From Alloascoidea hylecoeti (taxonomy: Eukaryota): 64,000 bases of DNA. The translations under genes were made by a program, and so were the position numbers. Location of the stretch: the NCBI GenBank assembly GCA_001600815.1, contig BCKZ01000002.1, forward strand, positions 1,310,294-1,374,293, given 5' to 3'. Below are positions 12,942-25,400 of the stretch, piece after piece (position 1 is the first letter of the stretch; every line of letters starts with the position of its first letter). The notes under the pieces were generated by a model. The model saw nothing but the letters and a program-made list of their open reading frames with translations. It was not told the origin of the DNA and ran no database searches.

Positions 12942-15629
12942 ATGACAGGGTCACACGCATCTAGACTGAATTCTACTGTGTCCGCCCAAAATAAAACATC
13001 ATTTGACAGTGGCTGGGAACAACCCTCTCAGGGATTATTATCATCGCCACTCACACGTTGCTTAATCTCTCAGAAAGAACCGAAAAACGAATCAGAGGCA
13101 TCTAATAAATTATATAACAATATTGATTTTGATGCTTTTAATGATAAAGATTTTGATAGTTTCGATGATGAAGATTTCGACCTTGATATTGACGAGGATG
13201 AATTAGAACGTGAATTATTAAAGTCAGGTCCTATTCCAACTCCAACTCAATCTACTTCTTTTACTCCTAACACATCGTTTGCTTCAAATGTAAGCTCAAC
13301 TGTTCCAACTCTAGCTCCTCCAGATAAGTCTATACAGAACACAGAGAATTTATTAACAAAAACAACTTCAAATATTTCAACAACATCCACTGAAACGATA
13401 TCAGATACAACTACAGAAAAATCTTTTGATATTAATCAAGATAATAATGATAAACTTACTTCTATATCTGTTGAACCAAAAGCACAACCCATAGCGTGTA
13501 ATGCCGCCAATGTCGATCTTAAAAACTTATGCTTCGACCTTGATACAGTAGAGGAATACCAAACGATCCCATTACCATTTGTTCAATTAAGACAATCGGG
13601 AGATATCTCTGTTACTACTTCTACTAATGGGCTTGGTCATCAAGTTGAAAAAGTTATTGAGGAAAAACAGCAATCAGAACATATAAATGAAGTATTGAGC
13701 AACAACGTACACATGAAAAGCGAAATACTGAATAAAAGTTTTATTGGTTTCGAGGATGACAAAAAACCTCCACGTTGGAAATTTAAAGATTCTTTCAATA
13801 TCCTTGGTATACCCCCTAAAAGAAACGAACCGTCGACAACACCAACAGTATCATCATTGAAGAGAAATCCAACAATACCATTAAAAGAAAACGAGATTGA
13901 ATTATCAGATGAACAAAAATATATTTTAGATATTGTTGTAAATGGCAATAAATCAATTTTTTATACGGGTGCAGCAGGTACAGGGAAATCAATTTTATTA
14001 AAAAGTCTTATTTCTGAATTACGACAGAAATATTTAAATCAACCAGATGCTGTTGCAATTACGTCATTAACAGGTATAGCAGCTATTAATATTAATGGAC
14101 AAACATTACATTCTTGGGCAGGTGTTGGATTAGCAACACCAGAGAGTAAAGTATTAATTAATGCATTAAAAAAGAAAGATCGAGTCAAAGCTTATCAAAG
14201 ATGGATGTCATGTAGAACATTAATAGTTGATGAAATATCAATGTGTGATGGTGATTTTCTTGATAAATTATTTGATATTGCAAATGAATTAAGAGGAAGA
14301 CCAAAATTTGGTGGTATTCAATTAGTATTTGTTGGAGATTTTTATCAATTACCTCCTGTGCCAGGTAGAGATAAATTTGGAAAAATATTAGAGCCTCCAT
14401 TTGCTTTTGAATCAAGATGTTGGAAATCATGTATATCAGCAGCTTATGAATTGAAAACAATTTTCAGACAAAGTGGAGATTTAGAATTTATCGATATGTT
14501 AAACCACTTAAGAACAGGTAATATTTCAAATCATGTTGAAGCAAAATTTAGAAAATTAGCAAGACCTATAAAATTAGATAAAGATGTTAAACCTACAATT
14601 CTATATCCTCTAAATAAAAGAGTTGATCAAGTTAATGAAAAAGAATTAAGAGATTTACCAGTTAAATGGAAAACTCGGACTTATAAGGCGATTGATACTA
14701 ATAGAGATAAAGATACTGAGTTTTTTTTTAAAGGTCTAAGAATCCATGAAGAGGTTAAATTTAAAATTGGAGCACAAGTAATGTGTCTTGCCAATTACCC
14801 AGAAGGACCAGTTAATGGTAGTTTAGGCAAGATTATTGGTTTTATTGAGCCATGGTTGTGGAGACTGAACACTTTGGGAGCATCAGAAGATGCTTCAAAG
14901 GATATATTAGGAATAACAGAATCTGCGCTGCCAATATTACCTTTGGAGAGATTATTTGAAGTCATTGAAATGGCTAAATATCATGTTGGTGATGCATTTT
15001 CAACTTATAAAAACGACGAAGAATATAATAATTTGGATGAATTTGAACGGAAAGTCTATCGTCGATACACTGAAAGAATGTCGGAATCAGAGGTTGAATT
15101 CAGTTCCAATGTATCGTATCCAATTGTTGATTTTATTGATATTGGACCCACGTTAGTTTTACGGAAGAGGTTTGAATTGCCATCTCCAGTGCATCCAGAT
15201 GTTAGTATAGCAGATCGATTTCAAGTTCCGTTATCATTAGCATGGGCCTTATCCATTCATAAATCACAGGGTCAGACGTTACAATATGCTAGGGTGGATG
15301 TATCCAATGCCTTTGAAGCGGGACAAGTGTATGTTGCTTTATCAAGAGCAGTTTCGAAGGAAGGTTTACAAGTTACAGGATTTTCTAAAAAAGTGGTTAC
15401 AGTAAACCCAACAGTAGTAAATTTTTATAGAAACTTGACTACTATTAAGTATGATAAGAATGAGATATCGCCCAGTGAACTTTACGAGAGGTTAGAGAAG
15501 GGACCTGCTTCAGTGTCTACGGGGCCGTTAAAGGTACGAAGTAATCGGGTAAAGAAACAGACCACGATAGGCAGCCGGCTGGGGAGGAAAATTAAGAAAA
15601 TGAAGGAGCACATGCAGGATGAGCAGTAA
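12942..15629 (+). CDS. Pif1-family 5'-3' DNA helicase (Pif1/Rrm3 type), 895 aa
   Basis: LSDEQ, FYTGAAGTGKS (Walker A), GQTLHSWAG, LIVDEISM, FGGIQLVFVGDFYQLPPV, IFRQ, QVPLSLAWALSIHKSQGQTL and GQVYVALSRA. Confidence 0.95.
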   Translation: MTGSHASRLNSTVSAQNKTSFDSGWEQPSQGLLSSPLTRCLISQKEPKNESEASNKLYNNIDFDAFNDKDFDSFDDEDFDLDIDEDELERELLKSGPIPTPTQSTSFTPNTSFASNVSSTVPTLAPPDKSIQNTENLLTKTTSNISTTSTETISDTTTEKSFDINQDNNDKLTSISVEPKAQPIACNAANVDLKNLCFDLDTVEEYQTIPLPFVQLRQSGDISVTTSTNGLGHQVEKVIEEKQQSEHINEVLSNNVHMKSEILNKSFIGFEDDKKPPRWKFKDSFNILGIPPKRNEPSTTPTVSSLKRNPTIPLKENEIELSDEQKYILDIVVNGNKSIFYTGAAGTGKSILLKSLISELRQKYLNQPDAVAITSLTGIAAININGQTLHSWAGVGLATPESKVLINALKKKDRVKAYQRWMSCRTLIVDEISMCDGDFLDKLFDIANELRGRPKFGGIQLVFVGDFYQLPPVPGRDKFGKILEPPFAFESRCWKSCISAAYELKTIFRQSGDLEFIDMLNHLRTGNISNHVEAKFRKLARPIKLDKDVKPTILYPLNKRVDQVNEKELRDLPVKWKTRTYKAIDTNRDKDTEFFFKGLRIHEEVKFKIGAQVMCLANYPEGPVNGSLGKIIGFIEPWLWRLNTLGASEDASKDILGITESALPILPLERLFEVIEMAKYHVGDAFSTYKNDEEYNNLDEFERKVYRRYTERMSESEVEFSSNVSYPIVDFIDIGPTLVLRKRFELPSPVHPDVSIADRFQVPLSLAWALSIHKSQGQTLQYARVDVSNAFEAGQVYVALSRAVSKEGLQVTGFSKKVVTVNPTVVNFYRNLTTIKYDKNEISPSELYERLEKGPASVSTGPLKVRSNRVKKQTTIGSRLGRKIKKMKEHMQDEQ

Positions 15630-15778
15630 TCACGTTTTTGGCTGCCACGGCAACAACCTATGGTGGCCACATTTTCTACATAAAAGGGCCCTTTTCTCCA
15701 TATTGCTGTTGCCACTATATACTACATACTATACTATACTACTATTCTTCTACTACTATAGTACAGTACTCCATCTAA

Positions 15779-15932
15779 GTATGTTCTACATCCACACACT
15801 CAACCAGCCAAACTTCCCTTGGACCCACAACAAGCATCTCCGCGCTTGCCTGTCGGCCGGTGCCGTCAATTGAAATCCTCTCAGTTCTCCTTGTTTGCTC
15901 TCCAACTTACTAACCCCTCTTTCTCCCAATAG
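15779..15932 (+). other. Predicted 5'-UTR intron of NHP6
   Basis: GTATGT at 15779, a perfect TACTAAC at 15908-15914, a pyrimidine tract and TAG at 15930-15932, one nucleotide before the ATG at 15934. Confidence 0.8.
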
Positions 15933-15933
15933 A

Positions 15934-16351
15934 ATGCCAAAAGACGCGTCCGAACCCACCAGAAGAAGAGCCAAGGTCACCAGAAGAAAGAAGGGTATGT
16001 CGTCCATATTGTATAACACCGTTGAATAAAATTCTACGTGGTGCTCGCCAGATCTCGACGTTGTCCATTGCTCCTTTTTTTACTTAAAAACTAATTAATT
16101 AATTCACGTTCTTAGACCCCGATGCTCCAAAGAGATCCCTCTCTGCCTACATGTTTTTTGCCAACCAGAACCGTGACATTGTCCGCTCTGAGAACCCAGA
16201 AATTACCTTCGGTCAAGTTGGTAAAGTTCTTGGTGAAAGATGGAAGAGTTTAACCCCAGAGGATAAAAAACCATATGAAAGTAAAGCGGAAGCTGACAAG
16301 AAGAGATATGAAAATGAAAAGGCTCAATACTTGGCTAATAAGCAATATTAG
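15934..16351 (+). CDS. NHP6: HMG-box non-histone protein Nhp6; exons 15934-15994 and 16116-16351, 98 aa
   Basis: Splicing of 15995-16115 (GTATGT..AACTAAT..TAG) gives [48 protein letters not shown]. Confidence 0.95.
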
Positions 16352-16719
16352 ATTAATTGCTTGTTTATTGCTTAACTTTCTTGTTTGGAAAGCAATTTAT
16401 ACAATTTTATAAAATCTCGGGTCTAAATGCCCGTCAATTATTTTTTTCTCTTTATGTCTAATTTTTATTGTATCTTAGCTTAATACGATGTATCTATACT
16501 AAATTTATTAAAACAAGTATTTCTGGTAGAATGTTGCGGAAAATCTTACAATTGTAATTGATCCTCTCATTAAATATAAATCTGTCTTCGTATCTGAAGT
16601 TAATAAGGCGTACCATTCATAGGGATGGTCAACGGTCACACGGCGTATGCGTGAATTATCTATTTTGGAAGGTACTCTAGATCAATAGCTACTTATCATA
16701 TTTTTTTTTTCATCTATCA

Positions 16720-17330
16720 TCTTTGCTCGTCCGAAGATGCATCTTTGATATTTGTAGATTTAGGTTTGTGTGTCATTGGATATTTTGACGTTTGAAGGAT
16801 TACCAACGCGTAACGCCATAAATGCATGGACAGATAGAAACTAATACCTTCCAGCTAGAGGAAGTTTCCCAGACTTAGCGCCCCACGGGAATTGACATAA
16901 CCAGAAATCCAGTGTTGGACCTGAAGGATGGAGCTCTAGACGATATCGGAGTGTAAATGTTGTGTACCATATATAACAGCAACCTTAAAGGTCAGAAAAA
17001 CTAGACCATATAGTACTCACAAGAGAATTGAACTTCTGTTACAACATGATTTAGCATTGTTTGGTTTTACGTTTACGTTATATCTATAAATCCAATGATA
17101 AGTTTCAACTATTAATTGCTGGGGTGGAACAACGGAAATAATATAGTGAGATCTGGACCTTAGATGGTCCCGGTTATATCTATTCGCGATGAGGTAATCT
17201 GATACAGTATATGACTAAAGTACTACATAATATCAGAGAAGATGATAGGAAGGTTTGGTTACCTTATAAAATAAAAAACTAGCAATGAAAAGACAATCTC
17301 TATCAAGAATGTCTGAGGTTCGAAAACAAT
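16720..17330 (+). mobile_element. Heavily decayed Ty3/gypsy integrase relic (core, GPY/F-like and chromodomain-like segments)
   Basis: Motifs occur in the expected order, with stops and frameshifts: TNA*xP*MHGQIE at 16802-16839 (cf. TAYHPQTDGQTE), NLKGQK/TRPY at ~16981-17011 and TKVLHNIREDDRKVWYLIK*K at 17214-17276 (cf. chromodomain YLVKWK). Confidence 0.4.
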
Positions 17331-18970
17331 AATCAATAACTTAACCAAAAATGAAGTACTTTATACAATGTTTACTATCACGATTCTTCTTTGTTCTTGG
17401 CTTCAATGGCAACTATTGGGATATATTACCGGCGTAGAACGTGATAGATCTTCTCTTCAGAATATTCCGGAAGTTTTGTATCGTTTAACCCGGAATTTGG
17501 TCTCCCAATACAGCTGATCGTGAACATGTGCACCTAATATTTGTGTCTCCGCCCAGACTCTGGGTCGATAGACTCGACAATGACATCGACGTTAATTGCT
17601 CCTCCACTGCGGAATCTTTCGACCACATCGTATTTAAGAGCTATTTAAACACATAAGTCAGCAATTCATACAGACCCATAGAAGAGATAAAAAGGTTGCT
17701 ATACCCTACTAGCTGAGCGCAGCATCAATAATAGAGTTTGTTTAATAATACATTATATATTTCGTGAACAAACTTCTAAGAAATATCACCTTAATAAGTT
17801 AATAGTCTTCCTTATAGAATCATAAAAGTTGTATTTGAATATTCTATATTCCGTAACTGTGAATACATATACTACATAGTTATCGCCAACCATTTGATAT
17901 ATATTATTCAAATGTAATTATATAGATAGAATCATCAATACTGTATTCAAATACAATTCCTGAACCCCAACATATAGTGTACTATTGATTTATCATAGGC
18001 GTTATAACAATGGATTCCAATAATGAAGCCTATCAATTCTATAGGTTTTCAACGTTGCATATATGCATGAACACAAGACTATAAGTTTATATTCTTTAAT
18101 AATTTAGGTGTTTAGATATCTACCTATTACAAAATTACCCATCTTTTTCATTGAGTTAAACTTCCTCTCTTAACTAGGGTTACATATATTTGTCTTATAT
18201 ATTTGTGTCAAGTTCTGATAGCCATAACCGATAATTTATCACTGGTAGAGCTCAAGTTCTTGTGTTAGAGCTGAAATGAAGTTGTTAGCACATGGCCGAA
18301 ATTAAATGGAATTGATGTATAATACGGGTTACTATTACTACCCCTATAGTACTCCACCCTTTCAGCTGGTGACAACCCTTTTTATGGATTATGTTTGACT
18401 TTGCTTATGTTCAATAATATAGAGCCATTCCACTTAATTTTGGTCAGTTATGCACCTGCTACGTGGTATATTGTGTAAAACAATTCATATATTTTACACA
18501 TGCCAACAGTTGATCATGATAAGAACAAACTAAACCTTAATGGTATGGTAGATATAGATGGTCACTGGTTATAGGATTACAATCAATAGTGCAATTGCAA
18601 TATTTTACGCTGATTTACACTTTTTTTTCTTTTACATAGACTCAAGTTATTTGTAATTGAATGTTATCAATTTTTCAATCAAATAAAGTAGCTACATATA
18701 CATATTTAGCAGCATATATAAATTAAACCTGATCAAACCAAGTTTTAAATTTAGTTATAAAATAAAAATAAAAAAAAATAGTGAAATAAAGAGTGAAGAA
18801 TAAAATAAAAAAGCTCAAAGTAATATATATACTAAGAATAAAAATCATAATAATGATCGTTTCTTACCTGAATTGTTTTAATAATTGTTTCATTTCGTAA
18901 GTATTTAGACTTACATGATTCCAAAATGAATCCGGATATCTAATTATCAATAAACTAGCAAGTAAAAGTT

Positions 18971-19346
18971 TTAATATCCACCCCAAGTTCCACGTTGTTG
19001 GAAATTTTGATATCCACCATACCCATAAGGTTGATAAGGTTGTTGTTGATATTGCTGTTGAGCATTTCCTTGTTGCCCTTTAGCAACTTGTTGAGGTCCT
19101 TGAACTGGTTGTTGACCTCTTTGTGGTAATTGAGAAGTAGTCTTCTGATTTTCCAAGAATTCACTCAAGTTATTCAATTGAGGATTGGTCATTTGTCCTT
19201 GATCCAAACCTGCTTGTTGACCTTGACCAACTTGCTGAGCCTGTTGTGCTTGTTGTGCCTGTTGAGTTTGCTGAGTTTGTTGAGCCTGGGCAGGTTGCTG
19301 AGTTTGCTGACCTGGTGCTTGTCTCAATTGTTCAAAGTATTGTTGT

Positions 19347-19384
<38 letters not shown>

Positions 19385-20204
19385 CTGTTGAGTACCAAAC
19401 TTGTTTTGTTGTTGAGCAGCAAATTGTTGTGGATATTGACCAGGGTGTTGTTGATAGTATTGGTAATAGTTATAATACATTGGCATTGAGTAGTATGGCT
19501 GATTTCCAAAGGGGGGGATAACACCACCGACTGCTGGTGGGACATTAGTAGCAGCTGGAGAACCAGTTTGGGGTTGTGGGGCTTTTTGTACCTGTTGAGC
19601 TTCAGCAACATATGGAGAATGTTGGGCGGCAGAGGCATCGTATGATCTGTTTAAACCAGCAGTCGCAGCATTAGGGGTGTGATGCTGACTTTGAGTAGTT
19701 TGAGGTTGTGGAGCAGTCAAACCGGGTTGATTATATACATTTGCGTAACCTTGTCTTTGAGCATCATAAGCATACTCTGCTGGATAGCCTGCGAAGGCAG
19801 GAGCACTAGATTGATAGCCAAAATTGTTGTTATAATGATCAAATTGTTTTGGTGATTGATTTGCTGGCTGGTTATATCTGTAATAATTAGAGTATTGGCC
19901 TTGAATAGGTTGCCCCTGTTGTTGCTGTTGAGGTGTCTGGGATTGTTGATCAATTTGTTGAGGTTGGGGCTGTACTTGTGGCTGTTGTTGTTGTTGTGGT
20001 TGTGGCTGTTGTTGTTGCTGACCTTGTTGCTGAACCTGTTGACCTTGTTGACCTTGTTGACCTTGTTGACCTTGTTGACCTTGTTGACCTTGTTGACCTT
20101 GTTGACCTTGTTGACCTTGTTGACCTTGTTGAGAGGGTTGATGTTGTTGTTGTTGTTGTTGTTGTTGCTGTTGTTGCTGTTGTTGGTATAATTGAGATTG
20201 ATAG

Positions 20205-20241
<37 letters not shown>

Positions 20242-20243
20242 GC

Positions 20244-20310
<67 letters not shown>

Positions 20311-21802
20311 GAAGACTAGCTGGACCCTTTGGTATAGTTGGAGTTTGTTGAGCAGATTGAGGGTGCTGTGTCTGTTCATCATTACCATCCAAGTTCAAAG
20401 AGCCAAACGAAATTCCAACTCTGTCAATATGAGAGGCACTATTAGGTAAAATAACAGAAGAATCAGTTCCAAATCTTCTGGGTAGCTTCTGACCAATGAT
20501 ATTGGATCTTGTTTGCAAAGATTGTCTTGGATGTTCTTGGGCAAGATTCACAGCGCTGTTTGAGGAGGCAACTTCAGATACAACGCTAGAGGTTGGAAGT
20601 CTAACAGAAACATCCGGGATGGTGTCAAGACTTGCTTCGGTCAATTGATTTGGTTCTGTTGCGAGTTGGCTTTGAACAGATGTTTGATTGGGTGAGGTGT
20701 TGGAATCTTCAATTGAGGTAGGTTCTTGAACAGCAGGAATAGGCTCTATTTCAATTTCAGATTCAGATTTATTTTCAGTAGCTGACGATGGAAATCCGGC
20801 AACTTGTTCGGTGGTAGATTCCACACGAGATTCGGATTCGGGTGCATTTTCATCAACAGGTTCAGTGTCTACTTTTGTATCGAGTTGTGGTTGTGGCTGT
20901 GGTTGTGATTGTGATTGTGATTGTGATTGTGATTGTGATTGTGATTGTGATTGTGATTGTGATTGTAGTTGTGATTGTGGTTGCTTCTTGGGGACAGGTT
21001 TCGGGGTAGCTATAGCAGCCCAGGTCATTTTCGTAAGTTTTGGAACAACAGGTGTAATAATAGATTTCTCATTCAACGGCTTTGTTTTGGAAGGAGAATC
21101 AGCAATTGGATTTGGTTTTGTGGTTGGTGTTATTTGTGTATCAGTGGTAGTTGGTGTAGGGATAGATTGTGTTTCCTCAGTGGATTCATGTATTTCTTGG
21201 TCAACTTCCTCTTCCTTTGAATTTTCCGGAGTAGGTGGTTTGTTGGACTTTTTGGATAATGCGGCGGCCCACGAAGATTTACTGGGAGAAGCAGGACCTT
21301 TGGGGATGTTTTTGGATGAAGAGGTGACTGATTGTGTTTGGTCTGTAGATGTAGTAGACCATTCGCTCGAAGCATCTGGCTTCACTGATCTTGATTTCCC
21401 TCCACGTCCAGAAGGTTTTCCGCCTCTAGTTCTTGGTTTGCCCCTTTCAAAAGAACCAGATCCATTGGTATGGGAAGTCGGAGCATCGTTGCTGGATTGA
21501 GAAGAGGGAGCTTTGTGTTGTGCGTGTCTCTCCCGTGGCTTCTTTTTCACTTCACCCCATTGGGTCGCATGTCCATCTGTGATTCTTATAATTGTATCAT
21601 CCAGATTTCCATCCGATTCTGATACAGCTGTCAACAAGTCCTCATCGGACCAATTTGGAAATAGTTCCCGTAAATTTGGTAGTAGTGATCCATATTTCAA
21701 CTTCAACTTTTTGGTTTCATCGTCTAGTATACTGGATGAGTTTGTGTTGCTATTCCAACGTCCTCGAGGTTTGGACGACCTTTGTTTACGTGTATCCGAC
21801 AT
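18971..21802 (-). CDS. DEF1: RNA polymerase II degradation factor Def1 (N-terminal CUE domain, Q-rich C-terminus), 943 aa
   Basis: LRELFPNWSDEDLL...GNLDDTIIRITDG..TQWGEVKKK CUE-type segment, the SWAAAL and MTWAAIA motifs and a long Q/Y/G-rich tail. Confidence 0.88.
20041..20131 (-). repeat. 9-bp coding tandem repeat x10 encoding (QQG)n in DEF1
   Basis: GACCTTGTT repeated 10 times on the plus strand. Confidence 0.95.
20206..20310 (-). repeat. Near-pure (CAA)n microsatellite, ~35 Gln, in DEF1
   Basis: TTG run on the plus strand with a single CTG interruption. Confidence 0.95.
20903..20966 (-). repeat. Hexamer repeat (TCACAA)~10 encoding (SQ)n in DEF1
   Basis: TTGTGA tandem array on the plus strand. 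Confidence 0.95.
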
Positions 21803-22484
21803 TATTTATTTATTCTGATTGTGAAAGAAAATATACACTATGATTAATAAGAATTGTTATTTTTTATAATAAATATTTCTTTGAAAAGATTATATTGATT
21901 GAAAAGATGTAAAAAAAGTGAGATGAGAAATTAAAGCGACGCAAATTTTTACAACCAACATCACACATAATTCCCAAAACGGGAAACACAAATTTCACCT
22001 CCCCAAACTACTCCGGATGTGTCAATTTCCTCCACAATCTCCTCCCTAGGCCCATAAATTCTTCCCCAAGAGGGTTTCTTTACTCTACGCTCATACATTT
22101 TTGTTAATTTTGTTGCTATTGATTCTAATCAACGACCGTACTGAAATTTGATTTCGTCATCTATATCACGTGTGCACCTCCTTTTCCTGGATCCTATAGC
22201 TGGCATGCACTCTGATTCAACTAGCACGCGAGCTATAATAGAAATTAAAAATGGGAATACTCCAACAATTAATCATACCAATTCAAAATCACAAATGTGG
22301 ATTATTTTATATATAATATCATATGTAAGTTAAATAGAAAATGTCTAATATAGTACTTAAGCAAAATACATGTATACACTTAATGAAAAAAAGACTACAT
22401 AGTAATAATAATTGTGTCTAGCACTCGCTTTTAAATCCCCCTTTCCCCTCAAATTATATAAATATTTTTTGTACATCATCTCAT

Positions 22485-25400
22485 TTAAATCTTTGTAGAA
22501 TAACTTGATGTTGATGGTGTTGTGGTTAACCAAGTTGATGGCATATTTTCTGGACCAGTATCGTTGTTATCTTGACCAGTTGGTTGAATGAAACCATACA
22601 ATAATTGTCCTTCCTTATTGAATAAATCTCCCTTGAAAATGGTATCAATCTTAATAACACGGGAAGCAGCAGCTGGACCAGCAATCATTACAACAAACAA
22701 TATCATAACAAGGAAAAATAATGTAAGATATTTCCTTACCATTCTATTTCTCAATCTAGTTTGCTTCAATGAGTAAATTGGAGGACGAATTTGTTTACTT
22801 GGCTTTAACCAGAATAACATCATTGAGTGCCATCTATCAACTAAAGGAATGCAGACTATTGGAAACTGTATGAACAAAAGTAAGTGTCCTAACATAAAAT
22901 CAGCGGCAAAATAACTCTGTTCAATAGTCTTACAAACCAATTCTCTAGCTGGTTGAGTAAAAGCCATCCATCCTAAACCACTTCCATACCATTTACCAGA
23001 CCACCAAGCTCTATTAGAATTATCATGCTTGAATTCTCTTGTTAATAAGAAAACTGTCATCATTGAAAAGACGAATTGTTGAATTGTAATACAAGCAACA
23101 ACACCAATCAACATTCTTGCGAAGTTAAAGCTTTCCAATACCCACATAACAACAAAGAAAACAATATGAATAACAACTGCAATACCATGAGCAATACCAG
23201 CAGTTACAGAAGCAGTCCTTTTGCAACAAACTCCGAGTAATGGCCCCATACAACATGAAATACCAAACATGATCAAAACAACACCCATATTAATAACAAT
23301 TGGTCCTAAACAACAGACAACCAATCTTAAGACTGAGTTCATCTTATGGACATCACTACCATCCTTGTATTGTTTAACACCATTTTGAGCATTAATAAAA
23401 GTATAGGCAACAAAAGCTGCAGCAGCGGGAATAAAACTACCACAAAATTCACTAAAGAAGACGTTTGTACGATGAGCCCTTGAGCTATCCCCTGCAACTT
23501 TTTCAGAAATATCACCAATTGTTTTTCTCTTGAAACCAGTAATACGAGTTCTTGTCATTCTAACATATCCAATCCATGAATTTTTATGGAATTTAGAATT
23601 TCCTCTTGTTAACCATCTGATAAAATCTCTATAATCGATAAAGAAATCCATCCAAGCAAATTGATGAGGATTGAAAACAAAAGGAGCAATGATTAATGAA
23701 ACATAACTTGCCCAAAACCATAAAAGTGCTGGTTGCCAAGATGCAACAGTACCGAATAACAACATTAAAATGCAAGAAGCACCTGCATAAATTGATGTTG
23801 TTGCAAAACGAGAGTAAAGAACAGAGAATGGAATTCTTGCTGTGGCAACACCACGACCAGTCGAGATATATCTAGCACCACCAAGGGACATATCAGTAGT
23901 TAAAGCATTTGCATAAATTTGACAAACAAATACTTCAAATAACGGAGATAATGAGGCTAAATGATGACAGAAACGACTTACAGCTTTCCAAATACCACGT
24001 TCAGTTAATTCTTGAACAACCATAGGAATAAAAGAAATGAAAAACACAATAAAGATAGAAAGAGTGTAACGTCTAACCCAATCAATAACTGAGGCTAGAT
24101 TATAACAACCCCATGGATATTGAGGATCGGTAATTGGAGTGTTTTTATTGTAAGAACATACAATACTTTCATGGGATAAAGAGGCAATATTCATCAAGAC
24201 GACCATAAATAATTGAACAGACATCATGATAAACAAATTATTAATGTGGAAACCAGGATGAGCATAGTAAAAAGATAAGAAACGATCAAGTGGTAATTGA
24301 GTACCTAAATAATAGTATTCTCGACTAAGCATTTGTTCTCCCATACCCGCACCAATTTTAGTGGTAAAGTTCAAAATTGAACCAAAACCCATGTCACGAC
24401 CTTTACCACACTGATAATATTCACAATGTTTAATTCTACCACCACGTAACATAGCATTCATACCAGCATAAATATCTTCATTCAAATGTAACCCTTTTTG
24501 GGCTTTTGAAACACCACCTCTAGTTGTCATGAAAATTTGATTCAAGAAATCAGGATGTCCATAATGTAATTTACCACCAATTTGAGCTAAACATCTAGCA
24601 AATAAAGTACCAAATGTTTGTTCTTTACCAGCAGCAACATCACCTAAGATACCAACATTTTCAGAAAAGATATATTCACGAGCACCAAGAATAGCAACTG
24701 GATGACCAGGTTCAGAATGAATACCAGGAGTATAAGGATTTGTAGTATCACTATTCAATTCTTCAAATTCAGCCAAAACAGATCTAATTTTTAAACATTC
24801 TTCCAAATAATTATCTTGATTTGCATCAATTAATTGTAAATATTCACCACGAGTAAAAATTATTGCATGATTTTGATTATCAGATTTACCATCACCTAAA
24901 ATTGGATTACCAGATAATTGAATTCTAAATCTTGGACGTCTTTTACCATTTTCTAAAATTTCACAATGACCATCAATAACAGCTGAATATAATCTTGGTT
25001 CTTCACCTTCATTAAGTGGAGGTTCTTCATCCAAATAAGCAATTTGTAAATCAGGATAAGCTCGTAATAAAAATTCAGTATTTTCAATTTCATCAGGTTT
25101 AAATTTTGTTAAACGTTGCATTGATATAAGGAATTTAAATTTTCTTCTTGCCATTCTTTCTAATTCTTGTTCTAATTGTTCAGTATTACCACCAAACATT
25201 TGAACAACTTCAGGATTTTCAACTCTGTATAACAATTTAATAGCACGAGAATAATTCATGAATCCAGAAACAGTTCTGTATAAAGTTTGAGATCTTAAAC
25301 TTGCCCAAATTCTTGTTCTTAAAGTATATTCAGGAGCAGCTGATTTAAAACCAATACAATAAAATGGCAAATCATCAATTTTATTTTTTAAAGTATCTTC

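Noticed and set aside
18860..18915. Possible 3'-UTR intron of DEF1 (GTAAGT..TACTTAC..CAG followed by GTAAGA on the minus strand)
   Set aside because: The branch point is non-consensus and there is no frame constraint to test it; needs RNA data.
20041..20131. Regular repeat array considered as CRISPR-like
   Set aside because: Spacer-free 9-bp coding repeat in a eukaryotic gene.
19130..21843. Many overlapping ORFs (poly-V, poly-L, poly-N, CDCDCD) over DEF1
   Set aside because: Shadow frames of CAA, QQG and SQ repeats.
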